Source: a virus
Strand: one strand, 5' to 3'
Virus genome (UHGV): UHGV-0257810
Length of the DNA: 18,664 bases
Shown here: positions 10,096 to 18,496 of the stretch, piece by piece
How the letters are laid out: each line of letters opens with the position of its first letter
How positions within the stretch are numbered: the stretch's first letter is position 1
Made by a program: the position numbers and the translations under genes
Notes under the pieces: model-generated
Seen by the model: the letters and a program-made list of their open reading frames with translations, nothing else
Databases searched by the model: none
What the model was told of the DNA's origin: nothing

Positions 10096-11427
10096 ATGGC
10101 TACTTGGCAAGGAACAAACGGCGGATTGTTGGCTGGTATCGGCGGCGTCAACTCAAACGCTCCGAGCGTAAATGACATCGGCAATACGCTTCAGCTTATC
10201 AGGCAGAACAATGATATTGAGCGTTCAGGCGCTAACAATGTTGGGCTGACTGCTTTGCAAGGCCTTTCAGGTATTGCTGGGGTGTTTCAGCAGGAAAAGC
10301 AGGCTCAGCGGCAGAAAGAATTTCAGCAGGCATACGCTAATGCTTATGCGTCTGGTGATCGCGGTGCTTTGCGTCAGTTGGCTACTCAATATCCAGAACA
10401 GATTGAATTCGTTCGTAAAGGCATGGGATTCATTGATGAAGATCAGCGTAATTCTATCGGCACCTTAGCGGCTGGCGCACGCCTTGCGTCATCGTCTCCA
10501 GAAGCAATGCAATCATGGCTGCAAAACAACGCCGGTGAGTTAGCTCGTGTTGGCGTTAATCCTCAGGACGTCGCTCAGATGTACCAACAGAACCCGCGGC
10601 AGTTCGGCGAATTTGTCGATCACCTGGGGATGAACAGTCTCGGACCCGAAAAATACTTTGACCTACAGGATAAAATGCAGGGTCGCCAGGTTACCATGCG
10701 CGGTCAGGATCTGGATTCGCAAACCGCCGCTCGGAATCAGGCAATCACAATGCGCGGGCAAGATATCCAGGCGAATTTAGGTCAGCAGCGCATTAATCTG
10801 GACGCAGAAACAAACCGCATTAACAACGAAAATAAGCGCCTTGACCGGATGCTATCAGCAGAAACTAACGACCTGAAGCGCCAGGAAATACAGAGCCGCA
10901 TAGCAGCCAACAACCAGCAGTTGCAGCAGAAGCAGCAAGCGCTAAATGATGGCTACAAAGACGGCATCAACACCCTCACAACCAGCATGTTCACTCTGAA
11001 CGATATCGTTAGTTCTCCTTCACTTAAGAGCATTACAGGCTTACGTGGAGTAATCCCCAACGTTCCAGGCTCACAGGCTGCAGACACTCAGGCACGACTT
11101 GATACCTTTAAATCCCAAGCATACCTGACAGCGGTTCAGGCCATGCGAGGCATGGGCGCACTTTCTGATGCCGAGGGCAAAAAGCTCGACCAGGCTGTTG
11201 GTTCGCTGCAGAACTCGCAGAGCGAGGAGTCCTTTCGTCGCAACGCTGGCGTCATCCTGAACACGCTCAACCAGAAGCGTAATGAGGCGGTTGGTAAGTA
11301 CGTTCAGCAAAACGGTATCAAGCGAGTGGAAGCGCCTCAGGCTTCTATAGATTACCTGAAGCAGCACCCCGAGCTGTCAATCGACTTCATTAATCGCTAC
11401 GGATATCTTCCATCTTTGGGGCAGTAA
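10096..11427 (+). CDS. Ejection (internal virion) protein, P22 gp20 type
   Basis: 443 aa in the gp20 position, with AAGGGG upstream of ATG 10096. Gln/Asn-rich with an internal repeat (VTMRGQDLD / ITMRGQDIQ). The stop is immediately followed by the next ATG. Confidence 0.8.
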   Translation: MATWQGTNGGLLAGIGGVNSNAPSVNDIGNTLQLIRQNNDIERSGANNVGLTALQGLSGIAGVFQQEKQAQRQKEFQQAYANAYASGDRGALRQLATQYPEQIEFVRKGMGFIDEDQRNSIGTLAAGARLASSSPEAMQSWLQNNAGELARVGVNPQDVAQMYQQNPRQFGEFVDHLGMNSLGPEKYFDLQDKMQGRQVTMRGQDLDSQTAARNQAITMRGQDIQANLGQQRINLDAETNRINNENKRLDRMLSAETNDLKRQEIQSRIAANNQQLQQKQQALNDGYKDGINTLTTSMFTLNDIVSSPSLKSITGLRGVIPNVPGSQAADTQARLDTFKSQAYLTAVQAMRGMGALSDAEGKKLDQAVGSLQNSQSEESFRRNAGVILNTLNQKRNEAVGKYVQQNGIKRVEAPQASIDYLKQHPELSIDFINRYGYLPSLGQ

Positions 11428-13821
11428 ATGGCTAATTACCGTGATTTGTTAGAGCAGGCTGGCGCACGTTACGGTGTGCCAGAAGGGTTGATGACTGCAC
11501 TGGGTGCCAAGGAGTCTTCTTACAACCCTGCCGCAGTAAGCTCCGCCGGGGCTGTAGGATTGACTCAGGTCATGCCTGGGACATGGCGTGATATGGGTTA
11601 TACCGATGAGCAAATGCAAAACCCCGAATATCAGGCTGACGCTGGCGCGCGCTATCTGGCAAAGATGTACCAGCAGTTTGGTAACTGGCGTGACGCTCTT
11701 CAGGCTTATCACGACGGTCCCGGCAACGTTATGAAGGCAAAGCGTGGTGAATATACGCCAGGACCTGAAGGCCGCGGTTACGTTGATGATCGCTTTGCTC
11801 AATGGGCGGGTGACCCGGTGACAGACTCAACAGTCGAACAGCGCGCCACCTCTGCAAAGGTACATCCTCAGCAAGACCCTAACAACCCGTTTGCACAACT
11901 GGAAGCACAGTCATCCGAACAAGTATCGGCATCAGGCGTGCAGTCAGACCAAAATAATCCATTTGCTCAGATTGAGCAGCAGGCAGCCAGTCAGCAGCCA
12001 CCTCAACCCGTAAGTTCTGTCGCACCGAAACCTGTTCAGCAGCAAGGCGGAATAATGTCTGACCTTGGTAATGGACTTGCTGAAACCGGGCGCGGCTTAC
12101 TACAGGCAGGAATCAACGTAGCGAACATACCTGCTGAACTCACTGATGCTGTAACAAGCGCGGCGGCTTGGGCTGGAGGTAAACTCGGCATTGGCGATGG
12201 TACATATCAACCAGCACCACGAGTAACAACGCAGGGATTAGAGCAGGACTTTGGCCTTCAGCAAGGCGCGCTGACTCCACAAACGACAGAGGGAAGGGTA
12301 TTTGCTGAAGCATTGCCTTACCTCACTCCTGCTGGCGTTGAGAGAGCGGCAACACAGGCACCAACACTTGCTGGTCGAATTGCTCAGGGTGCAACTCGTC
12401 TTCTAGCAGAAAACGCAGTTGGATCACTTGCTGCAAACAGTGCGAAAGATGATGCGGAAGCACTCGCCACCGATTTAGGCGTTGGTGTGCTGGCTGGCGG
12501 TGCTATTAACGCTGCCGGACGTGGATTAGGTGCTGCTTATCGTGGTGTTCGTGGTTCGATAGCACCAGAAGCTCAACAGGCTATCAGGTTTGCAGAGCGT
12601 GAAGGAGTTCCTCTGCACACCACAGACCTGTTACAGCCTACTTCCCGCGTCGGGAAAATGGCGCAGACTACAGCAGAAAATATCCCCCTGGCTGGCACAA
12701 GCGGAATGAGAGCAACGCAACAGGAAGCGAGAAGCCAGTTGGTGCAGAGATTTGCCGATAAATTCGGTGAGTATGATCCAGCGGTTGTTATTGACAGCCT
12801 TAAAGCGAAAACATCAGGAATTCGTCGTGCCGCCGGTAATCGACTGGAGCAGGTTCAGAATGCTATGGCTGGAGTAAACATTCAGCCTGCGCGAGCAATT
12901 CAGCAGATTGATACAGAAATATCTAATCTGCAGAAGCTTGGTAAGGTCGCCGATAACGAGACTATTTCAAAACTTCAGTCCTATCGTGATGAGCTTGTTC
13001 GCAATGCTGGTCCTGATGGTCCGGTAAATCTGGATTTGAAGCAATTAAGCGATCTGCGCAGCCAGTTCAGAATGGACGTGAAGGGGGAACGACCAGTGTT
13101 GCCAAACCGTTCCGATGCTGCCATTCAGCGCGTTTACAAGGCGATGACAGACGATATCAATGGTGCCATTGGTCAGAATCTTGGCAACGATACTCTCCGT
13201 AAATATCAGCAGGCCAATGCCGTCTACGCTGACGAAGCGGCGAAACTAAAGAATACCAGGCTGAAGAATGTTCTCATGAAAGGCGACCTGACGCCGGAAG
13301 TTGTCAACAACATGCTATTCAGCAAGAACAAATCGGAAATTAAGACGCTGTATAACTCAGTTGGTCGTGTTGGCAGGGCGCAAATGCGCAATGGCATCAT
13401 TGGAAAGGCGATGGAGAAATCAGGTGGTTCCCCTGACCAGTTCCTTCGGCAGCTTAACATCCTGCAAAACCAGACTGGCATCACATTTAAGGGGCAGGAC
13501 GCTGCTTATCTGAAAGGATTAAAAAACTATCTGCAATCCACGCAGCAGGCTGCAAAAGCGGCAGTAACAACACCCACAGGGCAGCAAACTATCCCGTTCA
13601 TTATTGGGTATGGGACGGCAATGAACCCGGCGACAACTGGCACAGCAGTAAGCTACGGACTTCTTACTCGCGCCTATGAGAGCGAGCCATTCAGAAATGC
13701 AATGCTCCGAATGGCAAACACCCCACGCGGATCGACAGCGTTTGAGAAAGCCATGCAGCAAGCGCAAAAAGCGATTAATGCACTGACGCAGGGTGCTAAG
13801 TCTGATTCGTTGTCAGAATAG
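11428..13821 (+). CDS. Ejection protein, P22 gp16 type, with N-terminal SLT-family lytic transglycosylase domain
   Basis: 797 aa, against 609 aa recalled for P22 gp16. The first ~120 aa carry family-1 lytic transglycosylase motifs (catalytic-type ES in GAKESSYNP, then AVGLTQVMPGTW, then AYHDGPGN). A linker follows with a duplicated NNPFAQ-x-E-x-Q motif, then a long Ala/Gly-rich body in the gp16 position. Confidence 0.85.
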   Translation: MANYRDLLEQAGARYGVPEGLMTALGAKESSYNPAAVSSAGAVGLTQVMPGTWRDMGYTDEQMQNPEYQADAGARYLAKMYQQFGNWRDALQAYHDGPGNVMKAKRGEYTPGPEGRGYVDDRFAQWAGDPVTDSTVEQRATSAKVHPQQDPNNPFAQLEAQSSEQVSASGVQSDQNNPFAQIEQQAASQQPPQPVSSVAPKPVQQQGGIMSDLGNGLAETGRGLLQAGINVANIPAELTDAVTSAAAWAGGKLGIGDGTYQPAPRVTTQGLEQDFGLQQGALTPQTTEGRVFAEALPYLTPAGVERAATQAPTLAGRIAQGATRLLAENAVGSLAANSAKDDAEALATDLGVGVLAGGAINAAGRGLGAAYRGVRGSIAPEAQQAIRFAEREGVPLHTTDLLQPTSRVGKMAQTTAENIPLAGTSGMRATQQEARSQLVQRFADKFGEYDPAVVIDSLKAKTSGIRRAAGNRLEQVQNAMAGVNIQPARAIQQIDTEISNLQKLGKVADNETISKLQSYRDELVRNAGPDGPVNLDLKQLSDLRSQFRMDVKGERPVLPNRSDAAIQRVYKAMTDDINGAIGQNLGNDTLRKYQQANAVYADEAAKLKNTRLKNVLMKGDLTPEVVNNMLFSKNKSEIKTLYNSVGRVGRAQMRNGIIGKAMEKSGGSPDQFLRQLNILQNQTGITFKGQDAAYLKGLKNYLQSTQQAAKAAVTTPTGQQTIPFIIGYGTAMNPATTGTAVSYGLLTRAYESEPFRNAMLRMANTPRGSTAFEKAMQQAQKAINALTQGAKSDSLSE

Positions 13822-13911
13822 CCTTTCAAACACCAGGAACGTGCAAAAACCAAATATGTAGAACGCGAGGTTTATCGTATCCCTCTGCATAGGCGATACC
13901 TTTGCTGATTG

Positions 13912-14397
13912 TTATCTGATGTTACTGCTACTGTTGCATGTGACTGTATTTCCAAACCCTGAATTGCAGTTTGTGTAAGTGTCAACTCGTGTTGGATAGG
14001 GTTGAGTTATAACAGGCTGTCTCGCTTTTTGCTCGATCGCTTGCATTGTGTTTACAGCCTGATAATTCAATAAAGCCTGCTGGAATGCTTGGCTTTGTGC
14101 TATTTGTTGTGCTTGTTCTTGGCTTTGTAATTGAACATAAAGATTCTGAAGCTCAAGTCTTGCCTGTGCGTCACTTATCTTGCCTTCATCGACACCTTGC
14201 CCGAGCATCTTTGCAGCAAGGACATACAGTTTAGGTGTTGGTGCTGATGCCATGCGTGAGTCGTTCTTCACACTGGCATCAAGGCAATTAGCCATATCGC
14301 TAAGCTTTTGATAGCGTTGTTCGCAACTTGCTTGATAGTCACTTACTTTTGCGCATCCAACCAGCAGAAGCGGGATAATTAACAGTGATTTTTTCAT
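13912..14397 (-). CDS. Predicted lipoprotein of unknown function (accessory, moron-like)
   Basis: Start taken at the internal Met (ATG 14397-14395) because AAGGAGAG lies 8 nt upstream and it yields a classic signal peptide with lipobox (MKKSLLIIPLLLVGC). The mature ~137 aa has a Gln-rich helical segment and a Cys-containing C-terminus. Local GC is visibly lower than the flanking structural genes. Confidence 0.7.
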   Translation of the reverse strand: MKKSLLIIPLLLVGCAKVSDYQASCEQRYQKLSDMANCLDASVKNDSRMASAPTPKLYVLAAKMLGQGVDEGKISDAQARLELQNLYVQLQSQEQAQQIAQSQAFQQALLNYQAVNTMQAIEQKARQPVITQPYPTRVDTYTNCNSGFGNTVTCNSSSNIR

Positions 14398-14454
14398 ATG
14401 GTTAACTCTCCTTAGTTTTTCACAGGATAGCATGAAGGCAATGCCATTTTAGCC

Positions 14455-14482
14455 GGAAACTAGATTTCTATGTTTCCTTTTT
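14455..14482 (+). terminator. Possible plus-orientation hairpin with T-run, overlapping the mnt stop codon
   Basis: GGAAAC (14455-14460), 11-nt loop, GTTTCC (14472-14477), then TTTTTATTATT on the plus strand. On the minus strand the hairpin is not followed by a U-tract, so it would not terminate the mnt transcript. Confidence 0.3.
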
Positions 14483-14734
14483 ATTATTGCTATACATGGT
14501 CTTAAGCGTTTCAAAAACCATTTTCTTAACCATATCAGATTGTTGTTCTGCCATACGCTCTGCATCGTCAATGTAAACGGATGCAGAGCTTTGTTTAGAC
14601 AACGATTCTTCAATCGCTGCAATTATCTCTGAGTTCAGCGATCTGTTATTCATCTTCGCACGCTGCTTAATTTTCGCGTGGAGTTCATGCGGAAGTCTCA
14701 AGTGAAACTGCGCCTCATCGTATTTGCTGTACAT
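14468..14734 (-). CDS. mnt: Mnt-like ribbon-helix-helix (Arc/MetJ family) repressor
   Basis: FHLRLPHELHAKIKQRAKMNNRSLNSEIIAAIEESL is a canonical RHH DNA-binding motif. The C-terminus AERMAEQQSDMVKKMVFETLKTMY parallels the P22 Mnt tetramerisation tail as recalled. Start chosen at ATG 14734 (GAGG 8 nt upstream, 88 aa); the first in-frame ATG at 14767 would give 99 aa. Confidence 0.85.
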   Translation of the reverse strand: MYSKYDEAQFHLRLPHELHAKIKQRAKMNNRSLNSEIIAAIEESLSKQSSASVYIDDAERMAEQQSDMVKKMVFETLKTMYSNNKKET

Positions 14735-14807
14735 CCTTGATGCCTCACCAGTTGGGTGGAATGGCATCGTAACCTACTGGATAAATACTCAATAGTACCA
14801 TTTCGGT

Positions 14808-14830
14808 ATGCAATCACATCATGGTTGCAT
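14808..14830. promoter_or_regulatory. Inverted repeat ATGCAA-N11-TTGCAT in the mnt/tailspike divergent intergenic region (candidate operator)
   Basis: Read directly: ATGCAA at 14808-14813 and its reverse complement TTGCAT at 14825-14830, about 30 bp upstream of the tailspike start and between two divergent genes. Function is not established. Confidence 0.25.
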
Positions 14831-14855
14831 CATATCATTCGTCTGGAGAAATGAA

Positions 14856-16937
14856 ATGTCAGATATCACCGCAAATGTTGTGGTAAGCATGCCTTCGCAA
14901 CTCTTCACTATGGCTCGTTCTTTTAAAGCCGTAGCCAATGGCAAAATTTATATCGGTAAAATTGACACTGACCCGGTAAATCCAGAAAACCAGATTCAGG
15001 TTTATGTAGAGAACGAAGAAGGCTCTCATGTTCCTGTATCGCAACCAATCATCATTAACGCTGCTGGATATCCGGTATATAACGGACAGATTGCCAAGTT
15101 CGTAACTGAGCAAGGCCATTCTATGGCTGTTTATGATGCGTATGGGGCGCAGCAGTTCTATTTTCCGAATGTTATAAAGTACGATCCAGATCAATTTAAA
15201 CAAGAGTTATCTAGTAATTCTGGAGCTTCATTAATAGGAACAGAGTCAGGAAAAACTGTTCAGGATGAATTGGATGAAATAGATAGAGATATTTCTCTTA
15301 ACAATATTTTATCTCATGAAAAAAATAGATTTAACTTTATCTTTTCACACTACTACAAACGTACTTTTAATAATGATTTAAGACTGCAATTACAGAGCTA
15401 TGTCGATGGGATTTATAATTTTGCCCCCAAAAGCGTATCTCTACCCAGTGGAAGATTAGTAACTATCTATACGGTAAAGGAAGGTGCCAATTCTGACCCC
15501 GGACAAGATGGTACCCCAATGCATATTGACTTCATGATTTCCGACGATAACGGGGTCAACTGGACGCAAACAGGTACTGTAGTTAATAAGGGTGTAGGTT
15601 ACGCTACATCTGAAACAATTCTATTCCTCAATAACAATGACGGGTATCTGTACTGTTTTTTCACTTCAATGAAGGGTATAACCGGATGGGGTCACGCCCA
15701 GCAAGGTACAGACCCGGACACCACATCCACCATTGAGTATTGCGTATCTAAAGACCGCGGAGAGACATGGAGCGCGCCGGTCGATATTACAGCAGCCGTT
15801 AAGCCCGCAGGTGCGTATTTTTCATCTATCGCACCGACGCAAGCAGGATATATTAATGGTAGACCAGCGATACCCTATTACTACCTTACTACTATTTCCT
15901 CCGGGATTGTAGAAGGGTATATAACTACAGATGACGATGGAAACTACATTTACGGTGGAGATGTCAGGAAAGACACCGATGTCGATACGCTAGGAACTTC
16001 TGGCGGCGAGATTGGATTTGGCAATTTCTATGATGGAACACCTTTTGCAATTGAGCGTGCTGCCGACACAACAATCAAACCGTATAAAATCGCAATACAA
16101 AAGCTATTAATGCAAGATTCTAGTGGGAAGTGGATTGTAAAAGGACAGTTCCCTACCACTGACTGCATGGCCTCTTTTTTAAGAGTTGGTCCTGATTTTG
16201 GGTTTGATAAAGATTATCTGTTTGTGGTGGCACCAATAGGATCAACAGGACAATTTGAAGGAAGGGCTAACCTTAGATTATTTGATTGCACTAACGACTT
16301 TAATAATCCTGTTGATAAGGGCATGTTATCTGTTAGTGCTGTTGTTGAAACAGGGTATAGCTCAACTGTTCTTTTATCATCCGGGGCGATGATGAGCGTG
16401 TGGAATGGGAGACAATGGACCGTCAACAACTCTATTTATACCGTAAACAGGCTTGTAGGTAATAATGTTATACCAGTACCTTTCTGTGGAACGCTTAAAA
16501 TAGTAGACACTAACAGAACTTTCTCACAGGATATATTCGTTAACGAGCGTGTTATTGGTATTGCTGACGGGATAATGTACCGGTGGACAGGATCGGATTT
16601 TGTTAGGGAAAATGCGGCGATACCATCGAAAATAAATTCAGTTGTCTCAACGCTTAACGCCGACATGGCAGACTTGTTTTATCTTGATTCATCGTCTTCA
16701 GGTTCGACATTAACCAGTATAACCGGTGGATATATAGGTAAAACAATACGTATACTGCCACTTTCATCACTTACAGAAGTTACCCTTGTAAAACAGGCAC
16801 CCGGCGTTTCTGTTAATGACAGAATAATGTACAATACGTCGCCTAGTGTTACTAAGTACAAAACAAATGGGGAGCTTATACAATTGACTAAAACTAACTA
16901 CGGATGGTATCTGGATAAATCAGCAAACAGTGTTTAA
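14856..16937 (+). CDS. Tailspike: P22-type head-binding domain fused to an Asp-box-containing receptor-binding domain
   Basis: Start at ATG 14856 with GGAGAA at 14845-14850. The N-terminus [13 protein letters not shown]...[20 protein letters not shown]...YDPDQF matches the P22 gp9 head-binding domain as recalled (first ~113 aa). Downstream sequence is unrelated to P22 and contains Asp-box motifs SDDNGVNW (15540-15563) and SKDRGETW (15747-15770). GC drops sharply just after the YDPDQF junction (~15195). Confidence 0.9.
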   Translation: MSDITANVVVSMPSQLFTMARSFKAVANGKIYIGKIDTDPVNPENQIQVYVENEEGSHVPVSQPIIINAAGYPVYNGQIAKFVTEQGHSMAVYDAYGAQQFYFPNVIKYDPDQFKQELSSNSGASLIGTESGKTVQDELDEIDRDISLNNILSHEKNRFNFIFSHYYKRTFNNDLRLQLQSYVDGIYNFAPKSVSLPSGRLVTIYTVKEGANSDPGQDGTPMHIDFMISDDNGVNWTQTGTVVNKGVGYATSETILFLNNNDGYLYCFFTSMKGITGWGHAQQGTDPDTTSTIEYCVSKDRGETWSAPVDITAAVKPAGAYFSSIAPTQAGYINGRPAIPYYYLTTISSGIVEGYITTDDDGNYIYGGDVRKDTDVDTLGTSGGEIGFGNFYDGTPFAIERAADTTIKPYKIAIQKLLMQDSSGKWIVKGQFPTTDCMASFLRVGPDFGFDKDYLFVVAPIGSTGQFEGRANLRLFDCTNDFNNPVDKGMLSVSAVVETGYSSTVLLSSGAMMSVWNGRQWTVNNSIYTVNRLVGNNVIPVPFCGTLKIVDTNRTFSQDIFVNERVIGIADGIMYRWTGSDFVRENAAIPSKINSVVSTLNADMADLFYLDSSSSGSTLTSITGGYIGKTIRILPLSSLTEVTLVKQAPGVSVNDRIMYNTSPSVTKYKTNGELIQLTKTNYGWYLDKSANSV

Positions 16938-17055
16938 CAAGCATTAAATAATCTCCGCTGGTATATAGAAATGCAGCGAATTTGTACAAATAAATAGTTT
17001 TACTTATTAGTTAATGCGCTATGCTATTTAATAGCTTGCATGCTGGAAACATGAA

Positions 17056-17077
17056 GCTTTGCATTCGTTTGCAAGGC
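17056..17077. terminator. Weak hairpin between convergent tailspike and int 3' ends
   Basis: GCTTTGC (17056-17062), 8-nt loop, GCAAGGC (17071-17077), with one G-U pair and short flanking T-runs. Lies in the 154-bp AT-rich gap between the convergent stop codons. Confidence 0.2.
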
Positions 17078-17091
17078 TTTGTGCTGCTTCC

Positions 17092-18249
17092 CTATGACAC
17101 CTTCTCATCAAGCCAATCCGCCCACCACTGCATCATTTCTCTGCGCTTATCGAGATACTGAGCATGGTTGTAAATCCCGCGCACAGAACCGCCGTTGGCA
17201 TGTGCCAGTTGCACTTCAATAGCGTCAGCAGGCCATTCGTGCTCGTTCATAATCGTGCTGAATTCATGCCTGAATCCGTGACCGCTTTCCAGACCCTCAT
17301 AGCCGATTTGTTTGATCACAAGTAGCACCGCGTTCTCGCAGATTGGCTTTTTCTTATCGTTGCGCCCGGCAAAAACAAACTCTGATACTGGTTTGGTGAT
17401 TGAGCTTAGCGTAGTGAGAAGTTCAACTACCTGGTCTGACATAGGAACTACATGAATTTTGCGTCCCTTCATCACACTGGCGTCGATGGTGATAATCCTG
17501 TTTTCAAAATCGACGTTCTTCCATAGCATAGAGCGAAGCTCTTTCGTTCTTAGGGCTGTGTAGCGTAAAGCTTTGGTCGCAATGAGCGATACGATACTTC
17601 CTGAAAATGTTGCCAGTGCTTTGTTGAATGCCGGGATCTGGTCTGCAGGAAGAAACGGGAAGTTCTTCTTGCGGTATCCCTTCATGGCGTCAGCAAGGTC
17701 AGGTGCTGGGTTATATTTAGCCCTGCCGGTGACAATAGCGTAACGGAAAACCTCGCCGCATCTTCTGCGGGCTTTGTTGGCTCGCTCCATTGCACCGCGA
17801 TCTTCGAATCTGCGGATTACTTCCAGCAGTTGCATCGGCTCAATATCCTGAATCTCAAGACCACCGATGATGGGTAAAATGTCGTCATCAAACATTTTGG
17901 CAAGTTCAGTTGCATAGCCTACTGACCAAACTTGCTTCTTGTGCTCGTACCATTCCTTGTAAATCGCACTAAATGAATTGTTGTTAGACGAAGCCTTTTT
18001 CGCCTTTACCGGATCGATGCCAACCGAGATGTCTTTCCTCGCGGTCCATGCTTTATCCCTTGCTTCCTGCAAAGTCATAAGCGGATATTTTCCGACGGTC
18101 AGGATTTTCTCCTTACCGTCAATCTTGTAGCGAAGCTGCCACACCTTTTTCCCGGATACAGGGACATAAAGGTACAGGCCATTACCATCGAGAAGGCGGT
18201 ATGGTTTTTCTTTCGGCTTTGCTGCTTCAATCTGCTTAACGGTGAGCAT
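17092..18249 (-). CDS. int: Tyrosine integrase, P4-like family
   Basis: N-terminal AAKPKEKPYRLLDGNGLYLYV arm-binding-type motif, and C-terminal HGFRHEF...VRGIYNHAQY consistent with a tyrosine recombinase catalytic region. The gene is transcribed away from the adjacent tRNA. Start chosen at ATG 18249 (MLTVKQIEAAKPK..., 385 aa); the track ORF extends to a GTG at 18285. Confidence 0.9.
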   Translation of the reverse strand: MLTVKQIEAAKPKEKPYRLLDGNGLYLYVPVSGKKVWQLRYKIDGKEKILTVGKYPLMTLQEARDKAWTARKDISVGIDPVKAKKASSNNNSFSAIYKEWYEHKKQVWSVGYATELAKMFDDDILPIIGGLEIQDIEPMQLLEVIRRFEDRGAMERANKARRRCGEVFRYAIVTGRAKYNPAPDLADAMKGYRKKNFPFLPADQIPAFNKALATFSGSIVSLIATKALRYTALRTKELRSMLWKNVDFENRIITIDASVMKGRKIHVVPMSDQVVELLTTLSSITKPVSEFVFAGRNDKKKPICENAVLLVIKQIGYEGLESGHGFRHEFSTIMNEHEWPADAIEVQLAHANGGSVRGIYNHAQYLDKRREMMQWWADWLDEKVS

Positions 18250-18410
18250 GGGTAAAAATCCGGTTGGTAAAATTATTTTATCCACTTTTTACCCGTCATG
18301 GAGTGCGGCTGTCAACGATCTGAAGCGAACCATGACGAACTGTGAATCTACGGAAGGCTTGATATTCAGGGGGTTTTGCGGACTGGTACGGATGGGAGCG
18401 AACTGATAAA

Positions 18411-18485
18411 TGGTGTCCCCTGCAGGAATCGAACCTGCAATTAGCCCTTAGGAGGGGCTCGTTATATCCATTTAACTAAGAGGAC
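18411..18485 (-). tRNA. argW: tRNA-Arg (anticodon CCU), argW-type; prophage attachment site
   Basis: Reverse complement folds as a 75-nt cloverleaf: acceptor GUCCUCU/AGGGGAC, D-stem GUUA/UAAC, anticodon stem AGCCC/GGGCU with loop CUCCUAA, T-stem GCAGG/CCUGC with loop UUCGAUU, discriminator A and CCA. Sits directly upstream of the integrase. Confidence 0.9.
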
Positions 18486-18496
18486 AATGCGGCATG

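Larger units (their letters stand above)
1..18485. mobile_element. P22-like / Sf6-like prophage, late-gene arm through the int-proximal attachment junction at tRNA-Arg
   Basis: Contiguous P22-order morphogenesis genes followed by tailspike, integrase and tRNA, then sequence with no phage-like ORFs. The junction lies within or at the 3' part of the tRNA; the exact core cannot be set without the second att copy, which is outside the window. Confidence 0.85.

Noticed and set aside
13822-13911. Possible terminator hairpin after gp16 (TATCG...CGATA around 13870-13895)
   Set aside because: Stem is only 5 bp with a 16-nt loop and no T-run; not convincing.
14046-14234. 62-aa plus-strand ORF with a hydrophobic segment (MLGFVLFVVLVLGFVI)
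   Set aside because: Lies entirely antisense within the lipoprotein gene; the hydrophobic run is the reverse-frame reading of the Gln/Ala-rich region. No SD.
14735-14767. First in-frame ATG (14767) as the mnt start (99 aa)
   Set aside because: It would add 11 N-terminal residues relative to P22 Mnt and has a weaker SD than ATG 14734. Not excluded.
14808-14855. Upstream ATG ([16 protein letters not shown]...) as the tailspike start
   Set aside because: The P22-type head-binding domain begins at [10 protein letters not shown] (ATG 14856), which has a GGAGAA Shine-Dalgarno; the 16 extra codons have no SD and overlap the candidate operator repeat.
122-16861. Numerous 60-130-aa ORFs nested in or antisense to the large structural genes (e.g. 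122-376, 251-442, 2053-2409, 2911-3309, 3325-3606, 6400-6684, 8879-9256, 11071-11367, 13224-13484, 14859-15203, 16436-16666)
   Set aside because: All sit inside longer ORFs with strong homology and positional support. They lack ribosome-binding sites and have shadow-frame composition.
14856-16937. Calling the tailspike a K1-type endosialidase (as in K1F or CUS-3)
   Set aside because: Asp-boxes are present, but 693 aa leaves no room for the catalytic plus C-terminal chaperone domains of known endosialidases. Only a sialidase-like propeller is supportable without a search.
18250-18285. GTG at 18285 as the integrase start (397 aa)
   Set aside because: No recognisable SD, and P4-type integrases usually begin a few residues before the AAKPKEKPY motif. 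ATG 18249 gives 385 aa, though it also lacks a clear SD. The start remains somewhat uncertain.
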